DNA of 64,000 nucleotides from a bacterium (GTDB taxonomy: Bacteria > Bdellovibrionota_C > UBA2361 > CALJRW01), in contig JANNBC010000052.1 in NCBI GenBank assembly GCA_031385045.1, forward strand, positions 1-64,000, read 5' to 3'. Each line of letters opens with the position of its first letter. The first letter of the stretch is position 1. The position numbers and the translations under genes are program-made. Shown in pieces: positions 18,920-28,251 of the stretch. Under the pieces are notes generated by a model, which was not told where the DNA came from, did not search any database, and saw nothing but the letters and a program-made list of their open reading frames with translations.

Positions 18920-21900
18920 GTGAACTTGATGCCTATTTTTCTACTTTATCTTCTAATCACAGTAGTTATCTTTTTTACTCAGCTCTCAGGTGTGAACACT
19001 TTTTTTACATCAGGAGACGCAGCAACACAGTCCTATGCTTGGTTTGCTAAAATTGAACGAGCACTTTTGAACTTTGATTTTCCACTTTGGGATTTTGCAA
19101 CAGATTCTGGCACAACATTTATTGGAGAATTACAAACTGGGGCTTTTTATCCACCAACCTGGCTCTTCTCTTATCTGCCACCATATGGAAGTTCTGGTAA
19201 ATTTGAACTATTTATTGCTTTACATTTTACTTGGGGTGCTTTTGGCGCCTATAAATTATTTCGAGAATTCGGCCTAAGTAAAATCTCAGCATTTTTTGGC
19301 GGATTACTTTTTGCTTTTGTCGGACCAGCTGCGGCACGAGCTACTGGACAACCCAATTTACATGCTGGTGTCGTGCAAATCCCTTGGATGATCTACTTTG
19401 CTTTTCGTGGCTCAAAGGATGTTCCAGTTGCAGAAACACTTAAGAATTATGCTTGTTGTGCTGGAATGGGAGCATTAGCAATTCTAGCAGGGCACATGCA
19501 TGGCTTTATTCATGGATTACTAGCCTCAGCCTTAGTAATACCATTTGTTAATAAATCTTCTTGGAAAAAGTTAATTTATTTTATTCCCGTTTTTCCATTC
19601 TCCTTGGGCCTTGTCGCAGTACAATTTTTACCAACTTATGAATATTTTAAATTGGCTTACAAATGGTATGGAAGTGGCTTCACAAAGTATCCTCATATTG
19701 TACCTTTTGAAGAATTTGGACGCTATTCGCTGAAATCAGCTTGTTCATTTTGGCCAGGAAATCCTAATTGCCAAGCGCCAGAAGGAGCCAACTTATTTTT
19801 TACTTTCTCTGGCTACGGACTTGCTCTTTTAGGTCTAGTTTATATTTTCCGTAATCGCAAAAATTTAACTATCTACTACCCACTAGCACTGCTAGTTGTC
19901 GGCCTAACCTTAGCTACTGCTGGCAACAACTTTTTAGGACAAATAGTTTATAATATTCCCATCCTAAATATTGTTAGAATACCTTCGCGAGCAATGCACC
20001 TTTACAGCCTAGCAGTATCCGGCTTAGTCGCTCTTGGATTTCAAATACTAATTACAAATTATTCTTCTAATAAAATAAAGCTTGTACTTCGCTTTAGTTC
20101 CATTCTGCTAGCTTTGTCTCTCAACTATGAAATTATCAAATATACCCAAAGAATGTTTGGCAGAACGGCAAGCGATCCTACCGCCGGTCCTGAATATTAT
20201 AAATTAAACCCAATCAAACAATTTCTAATTGATCAAAACATCGCCGATCAAGGGTTGTATCGTTTTGCGAACCTTCCTAATGCAATTATTTCAGCTAACA
20301 TTGGTAATGTTTATAGCGTAAATAATATTACCGCACATAAATCAAGTAAATATGGCGCCTATTATGATTATCTATCTAGAGATTGGAACTATCTATCAAC
20401 TCGCTTCGATCAACTAGGACTAAAATATATTGTGACTGATCGTGAAATGCCAGAACTTTCGCAGGTACTTGCATATAAAAATATAAAAATATATCAGAAA
20501 CCTAACCCACTAACGATATTTTATTATTTAAAAAATAAAACCTTCCGACCGATCCCTCAGAAATCAAAAATTAGCTGGCATGAAAATAGTGTAACAATTA
20601 AATTTCCAGAGAATTTCAAATCACCGGAAGGAGGGAAGTTTATTTTTGCTCAAGCAAACTATCCAGGCTGGCAAGTAATTGTAGATCAAAAGCCAAGAGA
20701 AATACTAAGCAAACCAGCACTAATGACTATCAAGAATAGCACTCAGATCCACGAGATAACTTTTAGATATCAGCCAAAAAGTGTTTTTATTGGACTAACT
20801 ATATCATTACTATGCATAACAATTTTAATTTTTTTATTATTCTTTTATAAGAGCAAAAAACTATCACTAGTAATGAAAAAAATAAATCTTAACAACATTT
20901 TGCACTTGAGACTAAGGCCTAAATATTTAGACTTATTTTTAATTCTGATAGTGATATCCGTCTCCTGTTTTCTGTTTAGAGGGTCACAGAACCAAGGCTT
21001 AAGTTTTGATGAGGTTTACCGCAGAAATAATTTGATTCCATTTTTTAATGCTCAGGCAGAACCTTATAATCAAAGTATCTACAACTTTCCAAGAACTAGT
21101 ATTCCTTTAATTTATAAGAACTACATATCTAGTTTACATCTAATACCAGACCTATTCTGGGTTGGCTTTGATGATTATTTATTTGGACTGAGATTATCCT
21201 ATTTAGTCTATTTTATTCTTGGAGCTCTGGCTCTCTATGCCGGCCTTAGAACGATTAACCAAAATTTAGCTTTTTGGACGACGCTCTTAGTCATCACAAA
21301 CCCAATGTTCTTTCCAGAATGTCGCTACGGATTTGCGAGTCCAATTCATTTTCTCTTTATTGGACTACTGCTTTTTTTAATTAATAAGTATTTAAAATCT
21401 AACCACAGGCCATCATATCTTTTATTTCTAATTTCTTTTTTCTTATTCTTACTGCCTAATTTTATTTTCTACTCTTGGTGGATCGTTATTGCTTCGATCA
21501 TTACCGCAACAATCATTTATCCAAAAAAATTCTTTAGAATTATTAGTCGCCCCCTAAATCTGGTTGTAATTACTAGTGGTTTTATTTTTGGTCATCTAAA
21601 TTTTATTCTCTACAATCGTTCTCAGAACTACCCTAGCATTCGACCGCTACTGAACTTTATTTTTAATCGCAAGCAATACAACCAAAAACCTATTGATTTC
21701 TCAGAAAGTGCCGGGTTTTTAGCAGATATTAGCAATAAATTAAGGATGTTTAGTGCCCAATATGAAATACCATCAAAGCTATTTTTAATAATCCTGGGAC
21801 TAATTTGCTTGTCTTACCTAGTCTATAGCTATCAATATAAAATTAGAGAGCTAGCCCTAAAAAAATGGATCTGGTTTCCTCCAATGGTCTTAGCATTAAC

Positions 21901-22516
21901 TTTTATCTTCATTCTCTTGAGTCCTAACGCCCATCGGAGTGGCCACTTTGTTTTCTTATCACCCACATGGGAAATAACGGTAGCACTAATCCTTTTAAAT
22001 CTATCCAAGATTTGGAATAGATTTAAGTTAGTACCCGTACTTTGTTTAAACTTAATAATAATAATTAATTTTTATGGAGCAAATGCCGCAGTTAATAGAG
22101 CAAATATCATACTAGGCGAGAAACATTTCAGTCCTGCTTTTTTTCAATTAAACGATTATATTAACGATCATCAAATTAAAAATAAGCTTATTTACTTACA
22201 TTGGGGTTTCTATTCGCAACTCTACTTTCTAAATCGAGGAGAGATAAAATCAAAGAATCTAATCTTTGAGTTGATTAATAATCCTACCTATGACGAAACA
22301 AAAATTATTTTCGATACTTTTTTTAATGATCCAAATACTCAAGCACTGACAGACCCAATTTATTTTCCACTTTTTACAGACTGGCATCAATTTACTGTGG
22401 AGAAATTTAAGCGTTATGTTAGCGAAAGAGGCTGGACACTTAGTGTTGAAAGAGAATTTTTTGAAACCAATAAAAGGCCTGTATTCAATCTTTATCGCTT
22501 AATTCGAAGTTCTTAG
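18920..22516 (+). CDS. Fused double GT-C membrane protein: YfhO-like N-terminal half plus ArnT/PMT-like C-terminal half
   Basis: YfhO-like motifs (PLWD..SG..F.GE.Q...FYP, QFLPTYEY, R.PSR, NYPGWQV.VD, ITFRYQP) then a second unit starting at a TM helix and GLSFDE; GTG start. Confidence 0.75.
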   Translation: MNLMPIFLLYLLITVVIFFTQLSGVNTFFTSGDAATQSYAWFAKIERALLNFDFPLWDFATDSGTTFIGELQTGAFYPPTWLFSYLPPYGSSGKFELFIALHFTWGAFGAYKLFREFGLSKISAFFGGLLFAFVGPAAARATGQPNLHAGVVQIPWMIYFAFRGSKDVPVAETLKNYACCAGMGALAILAGHMHGFIHGLLASALVIPFVNKSSWKKLIYFIPVFPFSLGLVAVQFLPTYEYFKLAYKWYGSGFTKYPHIVPFEEFGRYSLKSACSFWPGNPNCQAPEGANLFFTFSGYGLALLGLVYIFRNRKNLTIYYPLALLVVGLTLATAGNNFLGQIVYNIPILNIVRIPSRAMHLYSLAVSGLVALGFQILITNYSSNKIKLVLRFSSILLALSLNYEIIKYTQRMFGRTASDPTAGPEYYKLNPIKQFLIDQNIADQGLYRFANLPNAIISANIGNVYSVNNITAHKSSKYGAYYDYLSRDWNYLSTRFDQLGLKYIVTDREMPELSQVLAYKNIKIYQKPNPLTIFYYLKNKTFRPIPQKSKISWHENSVTIKFPENFKSPEGGKFIFAQANYPGWQVIVDQKPREILSKPALMTIKNSTQIHEITFRYQPKSVFIGLTISLLCITILIFLLFFYKSKKLSLVMKKINLNNILHLRLRPKYLDLFLILIVISVSCFLFRGSQNQGLSFDEVYRRNNLIPFFNAQAEPYNQSIYNFPRTSIPLIYKNYISSLHLIPDLFWVGFDDYLFGLRLSYLVYFILGALALYAGLRTINQNLAFWTTLLVITNPMFFPECRYGFASPIHFLFIGLLLFLINKYLKSNHRPSYLLFLISFFLFLLPNFIFYSWWIVIASIITATIIYPKKFFRIISRPLNLVVITSGFIFGHLNFILYNRSQNYPSIRPLLNFIFNRKQYNQKPIDFSESAGFLADISNKLRMFSAQYEIPSKLFLIILGLICLSYLVYSYQYKIRELALKKWIWFPPMVLALTFIFILLSPNAHRSGHFVFLSPTWEITVALILLNLSKIWNRFKLVPVLCLNLIIIINFYGANAAVNRANIILGEKHFSPAFFQLNDYINDHQIKNKLIYLHWGFYSQLYFLNRGEIKSKNLIFELINNPTYDETKIIFDTFFNDPNTQALTDPIYFPLFTDWHQFTVEKFKRYVSERGWTLSVEREFFETNKRPVFNLYRLIRSS

Positions 22517-22536
22517 GCTAAATTATTTTAGCCTAA
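22513..22536 (+). terminator. Hairpin at the end of the GT-C fusion gene
   Basis: TTAGGCTAAA-ttat-TTTAGCCTAA perfect 10-bp stem overlapping the stop codon; no clear U-tract. Confidence 0.4.
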
Positions 22537-22646
22537 TCCATGCCATCTTGAATCAGGGTAATTATTTGACAGTAAGACTGCCTATGCTAGAAAAGCTAGG
22601 CAAAGAAAGTCCTATTCTATAAGGAATCCTTATACCTAGAGTACCT

Positions 22647-25184
22647 ATGACAGAACAGTCCTCCATATACTTAGCCAAAGCAAAAAAGCTACAGAACGAA
22701 CTGGCGCGTCAAAAAAAGCTAGCTAAAACTAAACCCAAGCAAAGCTTCTATCAAACAGTTCTAGATTCTATTCAAACCACACTCAAATCGGATAGCTGTT
22801 ATTGCAAAAAATTAAAACAAAAAGTTGAGCGCGTGCATTTTTTAGATGATCATTTCTATCATTATGCACAAAAAACTTTATTAGATAGTGATAATTCCGC
22901 ACAAGAGCATTTCTGGCGAGATGGCATTAAGCAGCTTCAGCGTCCAAATTTAATTTTTAACCCAACATTTTATCTTCAGGCAAATTCTGATCTTGGTCGT
23001 GCTGGAGTCAATCCCATTCAACATTACTTTAGTCATGGTTTTGCTGAAGGTCGAGTTGTACATGAGAGCTTCCATCCGCAGTATTACTTAGAACAAAAAT
23101 ATCCAAATGAAGAACCAAACCTACCGCGACTGATGCTTGATTATTATAGTGGTGAAATCTTTAAGAACACTCCAATTCCATATAACATCAAACCGATAGA
23201 CTTTAGAATTAGTGAGCTTTTTAGAACAGCACTGTTGGAAGATCCAATTAAGAAACTTCCAGAAACACTACATTTTATAGAGGCTAAAGAAGTTAAAGTA
23301 TCAATTATTATCCCAGCCTATAATCAAATTACATACACCCTAAATTGCTTACACTCCTTAGCCCTAAATCCTCCTGCTGTTACTTGGGAAGTAATTGTCA
23401 TTGATGATTGTTCCAATGACGAGACAGAAACTCTCTTATCACAAATCCCTGGTCTTAAATATCTTCGGAACGAAACCAATTTAGGATTTTTAAAAAGCTG
23501 TAATAAGGCGGCGGATGTAGCCAAGGGTGAATATTTAGTACTGCTAAATAATGATACTTGCCCACTACCAGGCTGGATTGATCAACTATTAAAAACTTTT
23601 ACCCTTTACCCAGAAGCAGGACTAGCAGGTGCGAAATTAGTTTATCCAGATGGTCGCCTGCAAGAAGCTGGAGGACTTATTTGGCGAGATGGATCTGGGA
23701 CAAATTGTGGTAAGTTTGCCTCAGCCGATCATCCTGATTTTAACTTTACCCGTGAAGTTGATTACTGCTCAGGAGCAGCAATAATGATTCCTAAAAAGAT
23801 ATGGGTAGAACTTGCCGGCTTTGATGAGCAATATGCTCCAGCATATTATGAAGATACAGATTTATCTTTTGCAGTTAGACATGCAGGGTATCAGGTTCTC
23901 TATCAACCTCATGCTGAAGTCATTCACTTTGAGGGAGTTACTTCAGGCACCGATCTCCAGCAAGGAGCAAAAGCTTTTCAACTAATTAACCAAAAAAAGT
24001 TTATCGTTAAATGGAAAGGCGAGCTACTAAATCATTGTGTTAATATTGATCATAGCTGTCTATTTTCTAGACATACCAAACCACAAGCTCTGGTAATCGA
24101 TCAACAAACTCCAACACCAGATCAAGATGCCGGTTCTGTTTATTCTTTTAATTTAATTAAGATTCTAACAAATTTCTTTCAAGTCACATTTAAATGTTCG
24201 CAGGATGCAAATTACCACGATCGCTATACCAGGGATTTAGAAGAGCTTGGCGTAAGAGTAATTTATGGATCATGGTTTAACCGTGAACGAACCCAAGACA
24301 TCCCTTTAAAATGGAATAATTTTGAATTAATTGTTCTTCAAAGACATAATGTTGCCAATCAATATCTAGATCAAATTAAACAACTTGCACCTGATGCAAA
24401 AACTCTATTAGTTACACACGACTTACATTACTACCGAATTGAACAAGAAGCTAAAATTACCAAATCAAAAGATCGAGCAAGCTACGCAAAAACGACTAAA
24501 GGGGAAGAGTTTGCCGCAATTATTAAATCAGATGCAACAATTGTACTTGGAGCTCATGAAACTGAGATTATTAAGTCTTATCTTCCAAAAGTTGCCTGCT
24601 ATCAATTGCCCTTTTGGGAGGAAACTCAACCTCTGACAAAAGGTTTTGCGGATAGAAAAGATATCTTTTTTCTTGGGGGGTTTAATCATCCACCGAATGG
24701 TGATGCTTTGACTTATTTTCTGGAAGATATTTGGCCACTTGTATCAGCAGCACTTCCAGGTGTGAGGTTCTTTGTATTTGGTAGTAAAATACCCGCTCGC
24801 TTTTATAAATATGCCAGTAAAAATGTAATTATCGCCGGCTATATTGAAAACTTATCTGACGCATTTGATAATTTTAAAGTTAATGTAGCCCCCTTGCGCT
24901 ATGGTGCCGGGCAAAATGGAAAAGTAGTAGTCAGCCTTTGTCGTAGTCTACCAACAGTTATTTCTCCCATTGCCGCAAAAGGTATTGGCTTGATCGATGG
25001 TCAACACACTCTAATTGGGAACGATCCTAAAAGTTTTGCCAAACACGTAATTAGTCTCTACCAAAATCAGGAGCAATGGGAACAAATATCTAACGCTTCT
25101 CAAGAATTTGCTAAGAAAAACTTATCAACAGAAAATGCTACCACGATTTTAAAATCAATCCTAGGCGATCTAGATTTAATTTAA
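22647..25184 (+). CDS. Bifunctional GT2-GT4 glycosyltransferase (paralog of 8641..11082)
   Basis: Same domain order and long identical peptides (NNDTCPLPGW, DAGSVYSFNLIK, FFLGGFNHPPNGDALTYFL, APLRYGAGQNGKV). Confidence 0.9.
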   Translation: MTEQSSIYLAKAKKLQNELARQKKLAKTKPKQSFYQTVLDSIQTTLKSDSCYCKKLKQKVERVHFLDDHFYHYAQKTLLDSDNSAQEHFWRDGIKQLQRPNLIFNPTFYLQANSDLGRAGVNPIQHYFSHGFAEGRVVHESFHPQYYLEQKYPNEEPNLPRLMLDYYSGEIFKNTPIPYNIKPIDFRISELFRTALLEDPIKKLPETLHFIEAKEVKVSIIIPAYNQITYTLNCLHSLALNPPAVTWEVIVIDDCSNDETETLLSQIPGLKYLRNETNLGFLKSCNKAADVAKGEYLVLLNNDTCPLPGWIDQLLKTFTLYPEAGLAGAKLVYPDGRLQEAGGLIWRDGSGTNCGKFASADHPDFNFTREVDYCSGAAIMIPKKIWVELAGFDEQYAPAYYEDTDLSFAVRHAGYQVLYQPHAEVIHFEGVTSGTDLQQGAKAFQLINQKKFIVKWKGELLNHCVNIDHSCLFSRHTKPQALVIDQQTPTPDQDAGSVYSFNLIKILTNFFQVTFKCSQDANYHDRYTRDLEELGVRVIYGSWFNRERTQDIPLKWNNFELIVLQRHNVANQYLDQIKQLAPDAKTLLVTHDLHYYRIEQEAKITKSKDRASYAKTTKGEEFAAIIKSDATIVLGAHETEIIKSYLPKVACYQLPFWEETQPLTKGFADRKDIFFLGGFNHPPNGDALTYFLEDIWPLVSAALPGVRFFVFGSKIPARFYKYASKNVIIAGYIENLSDAFDNFKVNVAPLRYGAGQNGKVVVSLCRSLPTVISPIAAKGIGLIDGQHTLIGNDPKSFAKHVISLYQNQEQWEQISNASQEFAKKNLSTENATTILKSILGDLDLI

Positions 25185-25268
25185 GCTCTACGCTCCACTC
25201 TTGGCCTTATAAAATTCTATCAAAGAATTTTTATACAAATCAAGAACCTGCTTTATTATTTCGTAATT

Positions 25269-25913
25269 TTAAGAAAGTTTTACAAAATGATAGATCTCAT
25301 TGTGCGACTTTAAAACTTTCGCACCTGATGTATTTAATAAATCATAATGATTAATTCCTTGCGCCACTAGTAAGCAATCAATTTCTAGTGCCTTAGCAAT
25401 TTCATAATCATGTAGCGTATCACCGATTAATAATTTTAGGCCACTCTCAGAATGTAGAATATCTCTGGCATATTCCAGCTTGCCTTTGTATGACAACTTG
25501 GGTTGACTACCTTGAACGACGTTAAAATATTTTGTTAAGCCAAAGTGGGCAACGTCCCGCTGTAAACTTTGATGATCTCTAGCTGATAGAATAGTCTGTG
25601 GAATATCTGCCTGATAAATATCCTCAATAATTTGTTCAATTTGATGATGAAGCCTAGCTTCACTTAGAACTTGAGCATCATATAATAAATGAAATTTATC
25701 TTCCCACTCTGTGAAATCAGTTTGATCGTTAAAGAGACCAATTTCTACATAGAATTTATCTAGAGGAAATTTAATATTTCGCGTAAAATAATCAAAATCG
25801 ATTATTGGTTTACCCTCATCTTGAAGCAATTGGCAGATACAACCAAAAGCAACATGCGTATCATCTAGAATTGTTCCATTCCAATCCCAAATAATCTGTT
25901 GATAACGATTCAT
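25269..25913 (-). CDS. HAD-family hydrolase (phosphoglycolate phosphatase-like)
   Basis: WDWNGTILDD motif I, LSA motif II, IGDTLHD motif IV. Confidence 0.88.
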   Translation of the reverse strand: MNRYQQIIWDWNGTILDDTHVAFGCICQLLQDEGKPIIDFDYFTRNIKFPLDKFYVEIGLFNDQTDFTEWEDKFHLLYDAQVLSEARLHHQIEQIIEDIYQADIPQTILSARDHQSLQRDVAHFGLTKYFNVVQGSQPKLSYKGKLEYARDILHSESGLKLLIGDTLHDYEIAKALEIDCLLVAQGINHYDLLNTSGAKVLKSHNEIYHFVKLS

Positions 25914-25915
25914 AA

Positions 25916-26959
25916 CTATTTCCAGTTAAGCTCAGATTTAAAAGTAATTTTTTCTGCTGGATTTTTTATAATTTGACCAAGCTGATAAATCTCTATTTCG
26001 GAGTTTTTAAGAGCAGCTAACCTAGCATAATCTTCAGGTTTAATTACCGCAATCAAACCGACACCAAGATTAAAGGTCCTTAGCAAGTCAGCGTCAACGG
26101 ACCCAGCTTGCTCTTTAATAAATTTAAAAACAGGTAAAATCCTTACAAGCCCTAAGTCAATCTGAGCGGAAAGTCCGTCAGGAATAATTCGACATAGATT
26201 TCCAGCAATCCCACCACCTGTAATATGTGCTAACCCGTGAATAAACTTTTCAAATAAAACGGACTTGAGCATTGGATAATAGGCATAGTGCGGGCGAAGG
26301 ACGATATCAATAAACTTCTCTCCGGCCACAACTTGATTAACAATCTCTGGTTTCTGCTCGATTAACTTCCGAACTAGAGAATATCCATTCGTATGTAAAC
26401 CATTACTGCTAAAAGCTACTACCATGTCACCAATAGAAATCTTACTACCATCAATAATATCGGCCTTTTCGGAGACACCAATGATACTAGCCCCAAGAAT
26501 ATGTGTTTCTTCGCTAATAACTCCCGGTTGCTCTGACGTTTCTCCACCAACTAAAGAACATTCATTATGGTCACAGGCATCTTTCATCGCTTTAACTAAA
26601 GGAGTGATAATCTCATCTTTTAGTTTTCCACAAACAATTAAATCCTGAACTGCTAGAGGTTTAGAGCACATGACTATAATGTCATTAACTAAATGGTTAA
26701 TCATGTCATGGGCAACGGAGCTGAGCGAGCCATATTGCAAGGCCAGTTTTTGCTTAGTGCCTGGTTCTTCTAATTTAAAAGTTAAAACTGGATGATCATA
26801 TTCTGGAAATTTAATATCAATTAAAGAAGCAAATGCTCCCATGGAGTTCAAAACCCGAGAGTTCCGAGTAGAAACAAACTGATTGATCTTGCTGAAAGTT
26901 TTGTTTTTTTCATCAATATCAACACCAGAATCCTTGTATGAAAGTTGTTCAGAAGTCAT
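25916..26959 (-). CDS. purM: Phosphoribosylformylglycinamidine cyclo-ligase (AIR synthetase), divergent
   Basis: SYKDSGVDI, VND, GGETSEQPG, SSNGLHTNGYSL, HITGGG, TFNLGVG. Confidence 0.88.
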   Translation of the reverse strand: MTSEQLSYKDSGVDIDEKNKTFSKINQFVSTRNSRVLNSMGAFASLIDIKFPEYDHPVLTFKLEEPGTKQKLALQYGSLSSVAHDMINHLVNDIIVMCSKPLAVQDLIVCGKLKDEIITPLVKAMKDACDHNECSLVGGETSEQPGVISEETHILGASIIGVSEKADIIDGSKISIGDMVVAFSSNGLHTNGYSLVRKLIEQKPEIVNQVVAGEKFIDIVLRPHYAYYPMLKSVLFEKFIHGLAHITGGGIAGNLCRIIPDGLSAQIDLGLVRILPVFKFIKEQAGSVDADLLRTFNLGVGLIAVIKPEDYARLAALKNSEIEIYQLGQIIKNPAEKITFKSELNWK

Positions 26960-27084
26960 TATTAGGCTAAATATAGAAAAATTTGGTTCAGGCTATTAGT
27001 TACACAAGCCTGCAAAACAGATTATACTTCACTAGGTAAGTAGTCAAAAACACTGCTTAGAGCGAAAATTTATAGCAATTTCTT

Positions 27085-28161
27085 ATGAAAAAAGACATAG
27101 CGATACTAGCAGGTGATGGCATTGGACCAGAGGTAATGATGGCGGCCTTAGAGATACTTAATGCTGTAGCTGATAAATTTAACCACCAATTTACTACGAA
27201 CGAAGGTTTAATCGGAGGAGCGGCATTTCAGCGATTTCAAACACACCTGCCAGAAGAAACAATTGCCATTTGTAAGTCAGCTGATGCCATCCTATTTGGC
27301 TCCGTTGGGGGACCAATTGCTGAACAACAAAATCCTAAATGGAAAAATTGCGAAGCCAACTCACTGCTTGGTCTTCGTAAACATTTTCAATTTAGCGTTA
27401 ATTATCGTCCTGCAAAAGTTTACCCTGCTTTGCAAGATTTTTGTCCACTAAAAAACGAGTTAATTAAAGATGGTTGCGACCTACTAATTATTCGAGAATT
27501 AGTAGGAGACATTTACTTTGGTGAACATAAATTTTACCAAGAAGGGGAGCTTCGTGCCGCCTCTGATCTTGCCACTTATAACGAAAATCAAATTAGGATT
27601 GCAATTCAAGCTGCCTTTAAAGCGGCTAAACTTAGAAAGCAAAAAGTAACTTCTGTTGATAAGGCTAATGTCTTACATACTTCCAAGCTCTGGAGGGAAA
27701 TAATGGAAGAAGAAGCCCAGCTTCACCCAGAAATTAAATGGGAACATCAGTTGGTAGATAACTGTGCAATGCAAATAGTTAAAAATCCAGCACAGTTTGA
27801 TGTCATTGTTTGTCCAAATTTATTTGGAGATATCTTATCAGACATTGCAGCCGTGCTTCCTGGTAGTTTAGGTCTAACTCCTTCTGCCAGTATTAATCCT
27901 GAAGGATTTGGGATGTATGAGCCTTCTGGTGGATCAGCTCCAGACATTGCTGGGCTAGGGATAGCAAACCCAATTGCCCAGATTCTTTCAGTTGCAATGA
28001 TGCTCAATTTTTCATTTAACTTAACTCAAGAAGCCGAAGCGATCGAGAATGCCGTCAATCAAACTCTAGAGGCAGGATTTCGTACTAAAGATCTAACTCT
28101 AGTGGGCCAGAGTAGTTTATCGACAACTGAAATAACGAAAGAAATAATCTCGCGACTATAA
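27085..28161 (+). CDS. leuB: 3-isopropylmalate dehydrogenase
   Basis: GDGIGPEV, LLGLRK, SVDKANVL, NLFGDILSD, EPSGGSAPDIAG. Confidence 0.97.
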   Translation: MKKDIAILAGDGIGPEVMMAALEILNAVADKFNHQFTTNEGLIGGAAFQRFQTHLPEETIAICKSADAILFGSVGGPIAEQQNPKWKNCEANSLLGLRKHFQFSVNYRPAKVYPALQDFCPLKNELIKDGCDLLIIRELVGDIYFGEHKFYQEGELRAASDLATYNENQIRIAIQAAFKAAKLRKQKVTSVDKANVLHTSKLWREIMEEEAQLHPEIKWEHQLVDNCAMQIVKNPAQFDVIVCPNLFGDILSDIAAVLPGSLGLTPSASINPEGFGMYEPSGGSAPDIAGLGIANPIAQILSVAMMLNFSFNLTQEAEAIENAVNQTLEAGFRTKDLTLVGQSSLSTTEITKEIISRL

Positions 28162-28251
28162 AAACTAATAAATTTTTAGTTGATCAAAACAACTTTTTTC
28201 TCGAATCTTCGATAACTCAGCAATAACTGTTTATCTCTGAATCGAGGAATA

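Noticed and set aside
11083..22646. Invertible segment between the two paralogous GT genes
   Set aside because: Nucleotide sequences differ at most synonymous sites, and no recombinase or long identical repeats were seen.
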